Below are positions 1 through 8,533 of a stretch of 64,000 nucleotides of DNA, piece by piece. Numbering within the stretch: the stretch's first letter is position 1; each line of letters begins with the position of its first letter. This DNA comes from a virus (taxonomy: Duplodnaviria > Caudoviricetes): positions 1-64,000 of IMG/VR virus record IMGVR_UViG_2667527228_000001; one strand, written 5' to 3'. The translations under genes were made by a program, and so were the position numbers. The notes under the pieces were generated by a model, which saw nothing but the letters and a program-made list of their open reading frames with translations, searched no databases and had not been told where the DNA came from.

Positions 1-1197
1 TCATCCCGTTTTCCTCCTCAAGATGGTCAGCGCCGGTCCTCGCGAATCGGTGGCTGACACTTTGTTTGCCGCCTCAATCAAATGCTCAAGCTCTGCGGTA
101 GAATAGTGGCTCGTAATGCTGCCGTTCTTGTGTCCAAGCAGTGCCTTTCGATCTTCCTCTGTCACGCCCGCTGCACGTAGCCTTCTGCCAAAGGTGTGCT
201 TCAAGTCGTGAACCCTGATCGATCGGAACCCAGGGTGAGCTGGCGACTTGTGTTCCTTCTCCCATTTCGCCGCCGCCCTGATCCTGGCACTCTTCCATGC
301 GCTGTCATTCATCCGGTGAACGGCGGTCGGGCCGTACTGATCAGGATGCCCATATGGGAAGACGAAGGTTTTGTGCAAGCCTCGCTGCCCATCGATGATC
401 GACATCGCGACACGGTTCAGCACCACCAGCCTCTCGTCCCTGTTTTTCACCCCCGCCTTCTCATGCCTACCGCCGAACTCCGACGGAATCAGAAACACGC
501 TCGTTCCCAGCTCAGGCACTCGTATCTCCCAATCCCACCGAAGTTTGCACACTTCCTGCTCCCGGCATCCCGTGTTCACCTTGTAGAGAGCCATCCTCAA
601 TAGGTGATCGGGGATTTCGGCGAACAGCATCGATTGCTCTTCCCACGACAGAGGGTAGGGCTTCCTGCTCGACTTCCTTTCCTCCAGCATCGAGATCATC
701 GGCACGCTATCCAGCCACGGCCGCTTCTCTGCGTCTCGCCACTTCCTGTGGCACAGGTTCAATATCCGGACGACTCGCTGCAGGGCGATGTTCACCGTCC
801 TGTTCGATACGCCTGGCTTCACCTTCCCATTTTCTGCTTTCGTCGGTTTCTGCCGATCGCGCTTGAAGGCGGCCAGGGTGCCGTCGTCGATATGCGTAAT
901 CGGCAGATCACCGATGTAAGGATCAAGCTGGTCAATGTGGGAAGCGGAAAGCGCGATCGAGGCCTGGTCCTTGAAATCCACCAGAAATTTGGTGGCTGCC
1001 TCCCGCCAGGTTCGCACCTGGCGCACGCCATATACCTTTTCCTGCCTGAGCTTCTCCAGGCGGTGAATCAGGTACTGCTCCGCTTCCTGCCTTTCGCTTG
1101 TTCCAGTGCTTTCCTGAAGTCGCTGACCTCGGACGACTTTGTCGATGTGCCAAATCCCGTTCCTCTCGTAGAGTCCGGAGATTGTTTTTCGCGCCAT
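1..1197 (-). CDS. int: Tyrosine recombinase / phage integrase
   Basis: TGCREQE (R), HDLKH, LLGH and HY catalytic motifs. Confidence 0.93.
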   Translation of the reverse strand: MARKTISGLYERNGIWHIDKVVRGQRLQESTGTSERQEAEQYLIHRLEKLRQEKVYGVRQVRTWREAATKFLVDFKDQASIALSASHIDQLDPYIGDLPITHIDDGTLAAFKRDRQKPTKAENGKVKPGVSNRTVNIALQRVVRILNLCHRKWRDAEKRPWLDSVPMISMLEERKSSRKPYPLSWEEQSMLFAEIPDHLLRMALYKVNTGCREQEVCKLRWDWEIRVPELGTSVFLIPSEFGGRHEKAGVKNRDERLVVLNRVAMSIIDGQRGLHKTFVFPYGHPDQYGPTAVHRMNDSAWKSARIRAAAKWEKEHKSPAHPGFRSIRVHDLKHTFGRRLRAAGVTEEDRKALLGHKNGSITSHYSTAELEHLIEAANKVSATDSRGPALTILRRKTG

Positions 1198-1454
1198 TTA
1201 TTAGCTCCTTGGCGCCCACTGCGGGGCGGATTGTTGTCCTCATTGCTGGCTTTTTCAATTGCCATCGACTCGACGTAGGCATTCGCCCACGCGTCCAGCT
1301 CAAGCCGATCGAAGGCAACCCCCTGTTTTCCAATGGGGAACTCCCTGACGTGGGGGCGGACGGTGTTTTTGAACTCGGCTCGGCACATGCCGAGATAGGC
1401 GGGCGCATCGGTCGCGCGGATAAAGCGGGGAAGCAGGGCAAGTTCTGCGCTCAT
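1068..1454 (-). CDS. xis: Excisionase-like DNA-binding protein
   Basis: Immediately upstream of and overlapping int; RATDAPAYLGM...FDRLELDAW resembles an HTH excisionase. Confidence 0.6.
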   Translation of the reverse strand: MSAELALLPRFIRATDAPAYLGMCRAEFKNTVRPHVREFPIGKQGVAFDRLELDAWANAYVESMAIEKASNEDNNPPRSGRQGANKWREKQSPDSTRGTGFGTSTKSSEVSDFRKALEQAKGRKRSST

Positions 1455-1660
1455 GCCTTCCTCCAGGTGCCAGCCGAAGCCTCGGCCCAGCGCGTGGCCG
1501 GGACGATGATGAAGTCGCGAAGGCCAGTCAGGACCGGGAACAGGTCGCCGTCAAACTCGACGAACTGTCCGTTGCTGTGATGTTCGGGTTGCCGGTCGAT
1601 GACGTCGAGCAGGCGGCCGACACCGCCATCCTCACGACGCTCGTGGATGTCGTACTGCAT
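1451..1660 (-). CDS. Hypothetical phage protein
   Basis: GGAG RBS; stop overlaps the xis start (ATGA). Confidence 0.6.
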   Translation of the reverse strand: MQYDIHERREDGGVGRLLDVIDRQPEHHSNGQFVEFDGDLFPVLTGLRDFIIVPATRWAEASAGTWRKA

Positions 1661-1700
1661 GATGATGCTCCACGCCGCGCATGGCGGCAGAAGGTGGTTT

Positions 1701-1994
1701 TTAATGTTTGATGAGGCGAAGGCCCGTGCCGTCGGCAACGATGTTGATTCGGCTGGCCTCGAACGAAGGCGATCGCAAGACGGTAGCGATCAGATCCGGT
1801 AGAGCCTGGAGAAGCTCGGGTCGCATCTGGTTGTAGTCGACGCAGTGCAGGGTGTGCAGGATGCTGTAAGCCTCCCTGTCTGGTTTGACATCCATCATTT
1901 TTATGATGGTGTCGAGCGTGCAGATACTGAAATGCGAGCTCTGCACCATATTCTTGAGCGCGGCTTCGGCCGCCATTACTTTCAGATCAGACAC
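1701..1994 (-). CDS. Hypothetical phage protein
   Basis: GTG start after GAGGA RBS; co-oriented with the early operon. Confidence 0.6.
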   Translation of the reverse strand: MSDLKVMAAEAALKNMVQSSHFSICTLDTIIKMMDVKPDREAYSILHTLHCVDYNQMRPELLQALPDLIATVLRSPSFEASRINIVADGTGLRLIKH

Positions 1995-2044
1995 GTGGAT
2001 TCCTCGCCCGCCGTTCACCGGCAGGCTGGTAGGTGGAAGAGGGG

Positions 2045-3265
2045 TTAGGCGGTGCCGAATAGATCGAGCTGATCAGATTCGGCTTGCAGCTCTTGCTGTC
2101 GGGTGATTTCGTGATCGATACGCGCCCGGGCGATCGCCGCGTACTGCTCGTCGATCTCGCAGCCGGTGAACTAGAAACCTTCGCGCATTGCGGCTTTGCC
2201 GGTGCTTCCGCTGCCCATGAATGGATCTAGAACGACGCCGCCGGCCGGTGTCACCAAGCGCAGCAGGTAGGCCATCAGATCGGTGGGCTTGACCGTGGGA
2301 TGACTGTTACCGTTTCGAGCACTCCACTCGGCTGTTTCGCAGTCGCGCATGGTTGCATCCTTGGCGACAGCGGGAGCGTCCGAGCTGAGCAGGCCCTCGT
2401 TTCGGTCTTTGCGGCTGGTTTTGGCGCAGTAGAAGAATCGGGCGGCGCTTCCGCTGTCGAGCCGTCGTGCGCCGGGCTTCATTTGAAAGCCGACAACTCC
2501 TGCATTTTCGTTGTTGGCACTGGCCTCGGTGCCTCGTCCGCGCTTCATGTTGCCGTAAACGTTCTGTCCGGCGCGCTGGGTGTCGCTGGTGCTGGTGGCG
2601 GCGAGTTGTCCGGGCGCATCCGGAAACGCGGCGATGACCTCAGCGCTTCCGTCGTGAATCAAGTTTGCCGGCCACCGGCCGAGATCCGAAGCTTCGGCCG
2701 TACGGGGTATTTTTCCCGACTTGCCCCCGACATAGTTCCCGCCACGCATATCAACGGTGGTCAGTCTGTTCCAGTTCTTTGCCAAGGTCATTGCGTCTGC
2801 GGCGCGCACGCGGCACCCGTCAATGTTCAATGCTCCTGTACCGTGGACCTGGACATTTGCGACCACCGTTCCAGAGAACGGTTTGCGTGCCACAGTGATT
2901 GGCTCCAGCGCTGGCTTCAGTGCCGTGCCCCAACCGTCGTGCTCCCCGTCGAGGTTGTGCGACTTCGGGAATCCGGAGCCGTACACCCAGGCGATCATGT
3001 CGCGGATCTCGAACCCGGCGTCCTCGATGCGGACAGCCATGCGATGCTGGGTGCGAGTACCGGCGAAGGCGAGCAAGTGCCCGCCGGGCTTCAGCACGCG
3101 CAAGCACTCTGCCCACACTTCAGTTGCCGGCACGTCGTAGTCCCATTTCTTTCCCATGAAGGAGATGCCGTACGGTGGGTCAGTCACGACGCTGTCGACG
3201 CTGCTGTCCGGCATTCGCCGTAGGAGCTCCAAGCAATCGCCGACCATGATGGTGTAGTCGCTCAT
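2045..3265 (-). pseudogene. N4-C/N6-A DNA methyltransferase (beta class) interrupted by an amber stop
   Basis: DPPY and DPFMGSGS motifs; in-frame TAG at 2171-2173 is followed by FTGCEIDEQYAAIARARI... to TAA at 2045-2047. Confidence 0.85.
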
Positions 3266-3342
3266 CCGATCACCGCCTTTATGGTCAGGGCCAATGGAAG
3301 CCAGAAGAAGAGGGCGCAGACGGCCATGCAGGTCAGGAGCAT
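3262..3342 (-). CDS. 26-aa hydrophobic micro-protein
   Basis: MLLTCMAVCALFFWLPLALTIKAVIG; TGATG and ATGA overlaps with both neighbours. Confidence 0.6.
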   Translation of the reverse strand: MLLTCMAVCALFFWLPLALTIKAVIG

Positions 3343-3788
3343 CAGTAATCCCCCCAGCCCAGGCCCTGAATGTATTCGCTCGGAATTGTCACGGCCCCGG
3401 CCGGGATCGTGCTTTCAACTTCGAGGTTGCCGAAATACCCAATGGCCGCCAGGGCTCGCTCCATCGACAATTGCGCATGGCGCAGCTGCCATGACTTGCG
3501 CGCTTTGTACGAGCGAAGCGCCAAGGCCTTATCCGTGTAGGCGAAGCGACGGCCCCAGGTGCCGCCTTCCTTCAGGACGCGTTTTCGGTGCTTCTTCACT
3601 GCGTCTGCGGTCCAGCTGTATTGCGGGCCGTTGACCAGATCGCAGGTGTGCTTGTCGCCGATGTAGTAGCACTGCGCTGTTTCACCGATCACCTGGTAGG
3701 TGATGCAGTGCACCTCAAGACCTTCTGGCCCGATGGTGTCGATATAGCGGTAGTGCTCTGGCCAAGCCGGTTTATTTTCTTCAGGCAT
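3342..3788 (-). CDS. Hypothetical phage protein (MPEENKP start)
   Basis: 148-aa ORF; AAGGA RBS behind a hairpin. Confidence 0.7.
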   Translation of the reverse strand: MPEENKPAWPEHYRYIDTIGPEGLEVHCITYQVIGETAQCYYIGDKHTCDLVNGPQYSWTADAVKKHRKRVLKEGGTWGRRFAYTDKALALRSYKARKSWQLRHAQLSMERALAAIGYFGNLEVESTIPAGAVTIPSEYIQGLGWGDY

Positions 3789-3809
3789 GACTTCGTCCTT
3801 GCCGCTATA

Positions 3810-3869
3810 GCGGCTGACTTTGAAGGGGGAGGGAGTAGATTTGCGGGTGGAGTACAGATGTACTCCTAT
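3810..3869. repeat. 60-bp intergenic element, copy 1, with palindrome GGAGTACAGATGTACTCC
   Basis: 57/60 identical to 50436-50495. Confidence 0.85.
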
Positions 3870-4459
3870 CGGGATTTGGCGGCACGCTTTCGAAACTCGT
3901 AGACCATGCTGCGCAGATCCACCAGTGACTCCTGCAGGTCGCCGCGGGCGGACCCTATATTCTCCAGCAGCTCATCCTCGCCATCGTCGACGCCCTCATC
4001 TACGGCGAGCAGAGCCAGTCCATACACCTGGAACTTCGCCAGCACGTCATCCGCTGACTTGGCCATGTACTCGGCATGCTCAATTGCATAGTCCTCTGGA
4101 GAACGATCGTGCTGCTCGGCCGCCAGCGGGTTTTGTGAGAAGCGCAAGGCTGACTTGTATGCGGCATCGAGCGCGTCATCCAAATCACCGCCGCTCTTCC
4201 TGGCTTCGTTGAACGCAATGATCATCTTCGCGCGGACGTCGTAGCAGCGCTCAACCGGCATATATGCCACCTGCTCGCCCTGGGGCTTGGTCAGCTCATC
4301 AATCCGCTGATCCGCTGCGTTCAGGCGCAGCTGCAGGGCTTCACGCTCGGCGGTGACCCGGTCGAAGTCACCGGCATAAACGTATTCTCCGGCAGCGCCT
4401 TTGAATCGGTAACGCTTCACTTCGGTATGAAGCTCGGACGGCTTGTTTTCTGTGGGCAT
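3866..4459 (-). CDS. Hypothetical phage protein (MPTENKP start, coiled coil)
   Basis: Shares its N-terminus and ALQLRLNAADQRIDELT with 50791-51162. Confidence 0.75.
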   Translation of the reverse strand: MPTENKPSELHTEVKRYRFKGAAGEYVYAGDFDRVTAEREALQLRLNAADQRIDELTKPQGEQVAYMPVERCYDVRAKMIIAFNEARKSGGDLDDALDAAYKSALRFSQNPLAAEQHDRSPEDYAIEHAEYMAKSADDVLAKFQVYGLALLAVDEGVDDGEDELLENIGSARGDLQESLVDLRSMVYEFRKRAAKSR

Positions 4460-4517
4460 GGGGATACCTCGCCAATACTCAGCTAAATTGTTTTGTAAAT
4501 CGAAGGAGGGGGCAGCG

Positions 4518-4691
4518 ATGGCTTACTCAGACATGACGAAATACTTCATTTGGTGCGGAGTGTTGCAGTTTGTAGTTATCTGGAATGCGGTCGAACATAA
4601 GGCTTGGGACATTGTTTTGCTTGGTCTGCTGCCCGTGATTGTGGGTGCGTTTTTCATTCGAGAAGCTCGGCGCTGCGACGACCCTAAATGA
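4518..4691 (+). CDS. Small two-TM membrane protein (moron)
   Basis: AGGAGG RBS, two hydrophobic segments, opposite strand to the operon. Confidence 0.6.
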   Translation: MAYSDMTKYFIWCGVLQFVVIWNAVEHKAWDIVLLGLLPVIVGAFFIREARRCDDPK

Positions 4692-4741
4692 ATTCAAGCG
4701 GATAACTCAGCGGGCCATGTCGGTTTTCTGTGGGCACGGGG

Positions 4742-5226
4742 CTATTTCCCGTGGTTGGAGTGGTAGCCGTTCTGGCTTTCGAATGATTTACGAGCTGCCG
4801 CCGCATCGAGCAGCGATTGGTATCGACCGAGTGCCAAATAGCGGCCGCCGAGATAGCCGTATGCTCGCCACCATGAGCGCTGATCCCACATGACGCCCGG
4901 CAATCCGGTTGAGTTTGTTCGGTGGAGCCGCTGGTTTCTGGCGTTGTCGATCGCAGTCGCCGCCCGTAGATTCAACCAGCGGTTGTCTGTGCGGTCACCA
5001 TTGATATGGTCGACGCAGTCCGGCACCTCCTGACCCATGAAGGCAAAGGCCATGCGGTGCAGGCTCTGGTACTTCTTGTCGACCATCACGACCAAGTAGC
5101 CATTGGTGGCTTGGTTGCCGCGACCGATCCAGCCCTCGCACTGCCTTGGTCAACGCGCCACGTGAACAGCCCGCTGCCAGGGTCGTAGCTCAGCAACTCT
5201 ACGAGGTAGTCTTGATTTTTGAACAT
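4742..5226 (-). pseudogene. HNH homing endonuclease with a 1-bp frameshift
   Basis: LSYDPGSGLFTWR in one frame, NGYLVV...DHINGDRTDNRWLNLR in another; span is 485 nt. Confidence 0.8.
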
Positions 5227-5338
5227 GCGAGTCCTATGCCGGGTCATGCCCGGGCGGTGGAGGGTGCTGGAATCAATTGGCCTTCTACATGGACAGGAAT
5301 TGTCCTTGTCCTCTTAGAGCCAATTGAGGGTTCAAAAA

Positions 5339-5413
5339 ATGAACAAATGGATAAACCTGATCACTGCCGTTGTCGGACTGATCGACTCGATCATCCGTAT
5401 GGGCTGGCTGTGA
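5339..5413 (+). CDS. 24-aa amphipathic peptide, candidate type I toxin
   Basis: MNKWINLITAVVGLIDSIIRMGWL; GAGG RBS adjoins an upstream inverted repeat. Confidence 0.4.
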   Translation: MNKWINLITAVVGLIDSIIRMGWL

Positions 5414-7019
5414 TCTGCTTGAGGATCCGCTGGCCGATCCAGCGAACGACGGTGACGGCCTTGCTGTTGCCGATCGCCTTGTAGCGCGGCCCGTCTGGGC
5501 ATTCCGCAGCGGGCTTGCCGCGCCAAGGGATCAGCGTGTAGTCGTCGGGCTGACCCTGGAGACGCTCGCACTCGCGGGGGGTGAGGCGGCGAACTGCTGG
5601 GCCACCAACCAACATATCGGCCTCGGTAACCGGATTACTGTTGTTGCGCATGTTTCCGGAGCGCAACGTAGGCGAAAGCTCAGCAACGATGTTTGGCCCC
5701 AACGCCGAGTTCGTGTTGTCCAACTGCTTTCCATAATTGCTGGTAATGGTCTGAGCCACGTCGCGGCAGTGAATATAATTTTGCTGTTGAGCACCTGCCT
5801 CTGCGGCAAGAGTTCCGACTACTTGCCCGTCAGTACCGATGTAGCGAACCTCGCTGCGGCTGTTCTGGGTAAACGCCAGTACCGCATTCTCCTGCCCGTT
5901 GTTTCGGCCCAGGGTGTGGGCTTGTTCAATGCTGATGCAAGGGTCTTGTGTTCCGTGCACTACGAGGTGGCTGTGACCGTGGTTCGCATCCTGGCCTGAG
6001 CAGCCTTGAAGCCGGCCGTAGCTCGCATCAAGTGTCGCGGCAACGCAGGGCACATCGTCGTAGCTGTATCCGCCAGACTTGCGAGCGCCCTCGGCAAGCG
6101 TCGGTGCGACGAAGAACGTCTCGCTTTCCATGTCCATGCGGGTGTCTTTGGCCGTCAGGGTGGCCGCCTGCTCGATCGAGCCGACCAGGCTGTGCCCGCC
6201 GAACGCCGGTATCCCGCCGAACATCGAGACCGCCGGGCCTTCGTCCCCTTCGCAATTTACGCAGCCGTACGGTCCGAGTTCTTCGGCGAAAACTTCTCCG
6301 CATCCGCACTGGAGCGCAGGGCCGAAAGGAGCTGTTCCGGTAACGTCTTGCCCCTGGCCTCGGCGCGGCGCAGTATCCCGGCGCAGGCCTTCTCGCTCAA
6401 AAAGTACCTCGGTGGGATCGAATCCGTCTCGAGCACTTGCGACAACGAACACACGGCGGCGTCGTTGGGCCAGTCCGAAATATTGGGCGTCCAGGACCCG
6501 CCACGCGATTGTTCTTTTGGGTCCATACACACAACCAGCGTTCGGCCATTTTTTCCCTGAAGGCTGCAGTTCGCAGTCTTCCCCAGCAAGCGCGCCAAGA
6601 AAGCATCCGAAGGCGTTCCCTTTGTCACTGAGGACACCTGGGACGTTTTCCCAGACGACAACGCAGGCGGGCTTTCGCTGGCCGGCGCGAACATAGTCAG
6701 TTGCATCTGCAAGCTCCACGTATTTGATGGTGAGGGCGCCGCGCGGGTCGAGCAGACCCTGGCGCATGCCGGCGACGCTGAACGCTTGGCATGGGGTGCC
6801 GCCGACCAGTACGTCGGGTGCGGCGATCTTGCCGGCCAGGACCAGGGCCCCGAGCTTCGTCATGTCGCCGAGGTTCGGCGTGTTCGGGTAATGGTGGGCC
6901 AGCACCGCGCTGGGGAAAGCCTCAATCTCGGCGAACCAGGCGGCTCGCATGCCGAGTGGCTTCCATGCAAGCGTTGCCGCCTCGATGCCGGAGCAGACCG
7001 AGCCGTAAGTGATTTCCAT
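5391..7019 (-). CDS. DNA (cytosine-5) methyltransferase with a long variable region
   Basis: CSGI (motif I), GTPCQ, ENV, QRRRR, RRLTPRECERLQG and GNS motifs. Confidence 0.93.
   Translation of the reverse strand: MEITYGSVCSGIEAATLAWKPLGMRAAWFAEIEAFPSAVLAHHYPNTPNLGDMTKLGALVLAGKIAAPDVLVGGTPCQAFSVAGMRQGLLDPRGALTIKYVELADATDYVRAGQRKPACVVVWENVPGVLSDKGNAFGCFLGALAGEDCELQPSGKKWPNAGCVYGPKRTIAWRVLDAQYFGLAQRRRRVFVVASARDGFDPTEVLFEREGLRRDTAPRRGQGQDVTGTAPFGPALQCGCGEVFAEELGPYGCVNCEGDEGPAVSMFGGIPAFGGHSLVGSIEQAATLTAKDTRMDMESETFFVAPTLAEGARKSGGYSYDDVPCVAATLDASYGRLQGCSGQDANHGHSHLVVHGTQDPCISIEQAHTLGRNNGQENAVLAFTQNSRSEVRYIGTDGQVVGTLAAEAGAQQQNYIHCRDVAQTITSNYGKQLDNTNSALGPNIVAELSPTLRSGNMRNNSNPVTEADMLVGGPAVRRLTPRECERLQGQPDDYTLIPWRGKPAAECPDGPRYKAIGNSKAVTVVRWIGQRILKQITASPYG
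6257..6706 (-). CDS. Nested alternative-frame ORF (EcoHK31I beta-like polypeptide candidate)
   Basis: 149 codons inside the MTase gene, own GGAG RBS, SLSQVLE...RYFLSEKACAGILRRAE. Confidence 0.55.
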   Translation of the reverse strand: MQLTMFAPASESPPALSSGKTSQVSSVTKGTPSDAFLARLLGKTANCSLQGKNGRTLVVCMDPKEQSRGGSWTPNISDWPNDAAVCSLSQVLETDSIPPRYFLSEKACAGILRRAEARGKTLPEQLLSALRSSADAEKFSPKNSDRTAA

Positions 7020-7041
7020 AAGGCTTCCTCGGCGGAGTGGT

Positions 7042-7329
7042 TCAGGTTTTTTCGAATTCGCGAGCGTGAGCGGGGAATTTCAGCCGCTGCTGAATGCCGA
7101 GCATCAGCGTGCTGACCTTGGTGCCTTTGCAGAACACCGTGGCCGGGGGAAGCTTCACGTCGCAGGGCAGCACCTGTTCGCCCTGAGCCAGCGACGCCTC
7201 AACGTGCCGCGCCATGTCCGACCAGACGTGAGACTCAAGGCGAACTTCTGCACGCACAGCCTCGATGATCCACATAGGAAGGGTGACCAGGCGCTCATCG
7301 CGGGAGGCCGGAGATTGTTCTTCGGACAT
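7042..7329 (-). CDS. Hypothetical phage protein
   Basis: GAGGA RBS; in operon. Confidence 0.65.
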   Translation of the reverse strand: MSEEQSPASRDERLVTLPMWIIEAVRAEVRLESHVWSDMARHVEASLAQGEQVLPCDVKLPPATVFCKGTKVSTLMLGIQQRLKFPAHAREFEKT

Positions 7330-7372
7330 AGGGGATCCTCGCCGGCTGGCGTGATTCGTTGAAGGGGACGGG

Positions 7373-8533
7373 TTATTTCTTCGCGTAAGTCTTGGTCAGC
7401 GCCGCGTTTACCGTGTTGCCGCGCTTCAGCACGACATTTGCCAGGGCTGCGCGGTGCTTCTGGCTGTGGCTGGCCTGACTGAGCAGGCCGAAGTAGCTGT
7501 TGGCGGTTTCGCGAAGGTCCTCGGCGGGCGCTGAGGCTGTTCGCTTCAGTGCCTGGGCCAGTGATCGCTTGCGGGTTGTTCGGCGCCATGGCTTGATGAC
7601 GTGGCCCACGAAATCGACGCCTCGATCCACCGGTTGCAGGATGGTCTTCGTCGGGTTCAGCTTGGCGCCCAGGCTGGGAAGGAAGGCTTCGACCTGGGCC
7701 AGCCACTGGTTGAGCTGCTGCGGCGATTCATGCAGGAACACGAAGTCATCGACGTAGCGGACGTAATGCTTGGCGCCGAGCTGGTGCTTGGCGAACTGGT
7801 CCAGCGCGTCGAGGTAGACGTTGGCGAAGAACTGCGACGAAAGATTGCCGATCGGCAGGCCGAGTCGGGCAGGCTGCGCGGTGAGTCGCTTGTGCTGCGG
7901 TACCCGGTTGAACAGGTGGGCCGGACTGCGTACTTCGTAGTCTTCGCGAGGGTCGTGCATCAGGATTTGTTCAGCGAGTGCCAGCCACCATGGCTCGGTG
8001 ATCTTGGCGGCCAGCTGCTGGCGCAGGACTTCTTTGTCGATGGCGACGAAGAAGTTGGCCAGGTCGCACTTCAGGTAGAAGATCGGCTTCGACCAGTTCT
8101 GGCTGGCGCTGCGGATCTTCGCCTCAAGTCGCTTCGCTGCGTACAGCGTGCCGCGCCCAGGAATGCATGCACAACTGTCCGCTATGAAGCTGGCGTAGAA
8201 GCGCGGTGCCACACGGTTGTACAGCAGGTGGTGGACGACGCGATCCCGGAACGCTGCCGCCCAAACCTCGCGGGCTTTCGGTCTGGTGACCACGAAGCAG
8301 ATGGAGCGGCCTAGCCGGTAGGTGCCGGCGATCAGGTCGCTGTGAAGTCCGATCAGGTTCTTTTCCAGATCCATCTCGAAGGCCAATGCGCTGGCGCTAT
8401 TGCGCTTCGTGCGGCGGCAGTCGTAGTAGGCCTGAACAAGCTCGCTGAATGGGTAGGGGCCAACAGTCGAATCTGCGGACGGGGCGGACGCGGAGCTCGT
8501 TGTTCTTGTCGTTGTTGTTCTGATTGCCATCAT
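7373..8533 (-). CDS. DGR reverse transcriptase
   Basis: FRDRVVH, LKCDLANFF, GLPIGNLSSQ, YVRYVDD and GVDFVG motifs; adjacent TR and avd. Start uncertain because it lies inside the TR. Confidence 0.96.
   Translation of the reverse strand: MMAIRTTTTRTTSSASAPSADSTVGPYPFSELVQAYYDCRRTKRNSASALAFEMDLEKNLIGLHSDLIAGTYRLGRSICFVVTRPKAREVWAAAFRDRVVHHLLYNRVAPRFYASFIADSCACIPGRGTLYAAKRLEAKIRSASQNWSKPIFYLKCDLANFFVAIDKEVLRQQLAAKITEPWWLALAEQILMHDPREDYEVRSPAHLFNRVPQHKRLTAQPARLGLPIGNLSSQFFANVYLDALDQFAKHQLGAKHYVRYVDDFVFLHESPQQLNQWLAQVEAFLPSLGAKLNPTKTILQPVDRGVDFVGHVIKPWRRTTRKRSLAQALKRTASAPAEDLRETANSYFGLLSQASHSQKHRAALANVVLKRGNTVNAALTKTYAKK

Noticed and set aside
195-215. HDLKH in place of HxxR as a sign of a dead integrase
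   Set aside because: Conservative change with the other catalytic residues intact; inactivity cannot be inferred from this alone.
7373-8533. RT as a retron, group II intron or Abi-type RT
   Set aside because: The A-specific TR/VR pairs and adjacent avd define a DGR; I see no intron maturase/endonuclease extension or msr-msd repeats.
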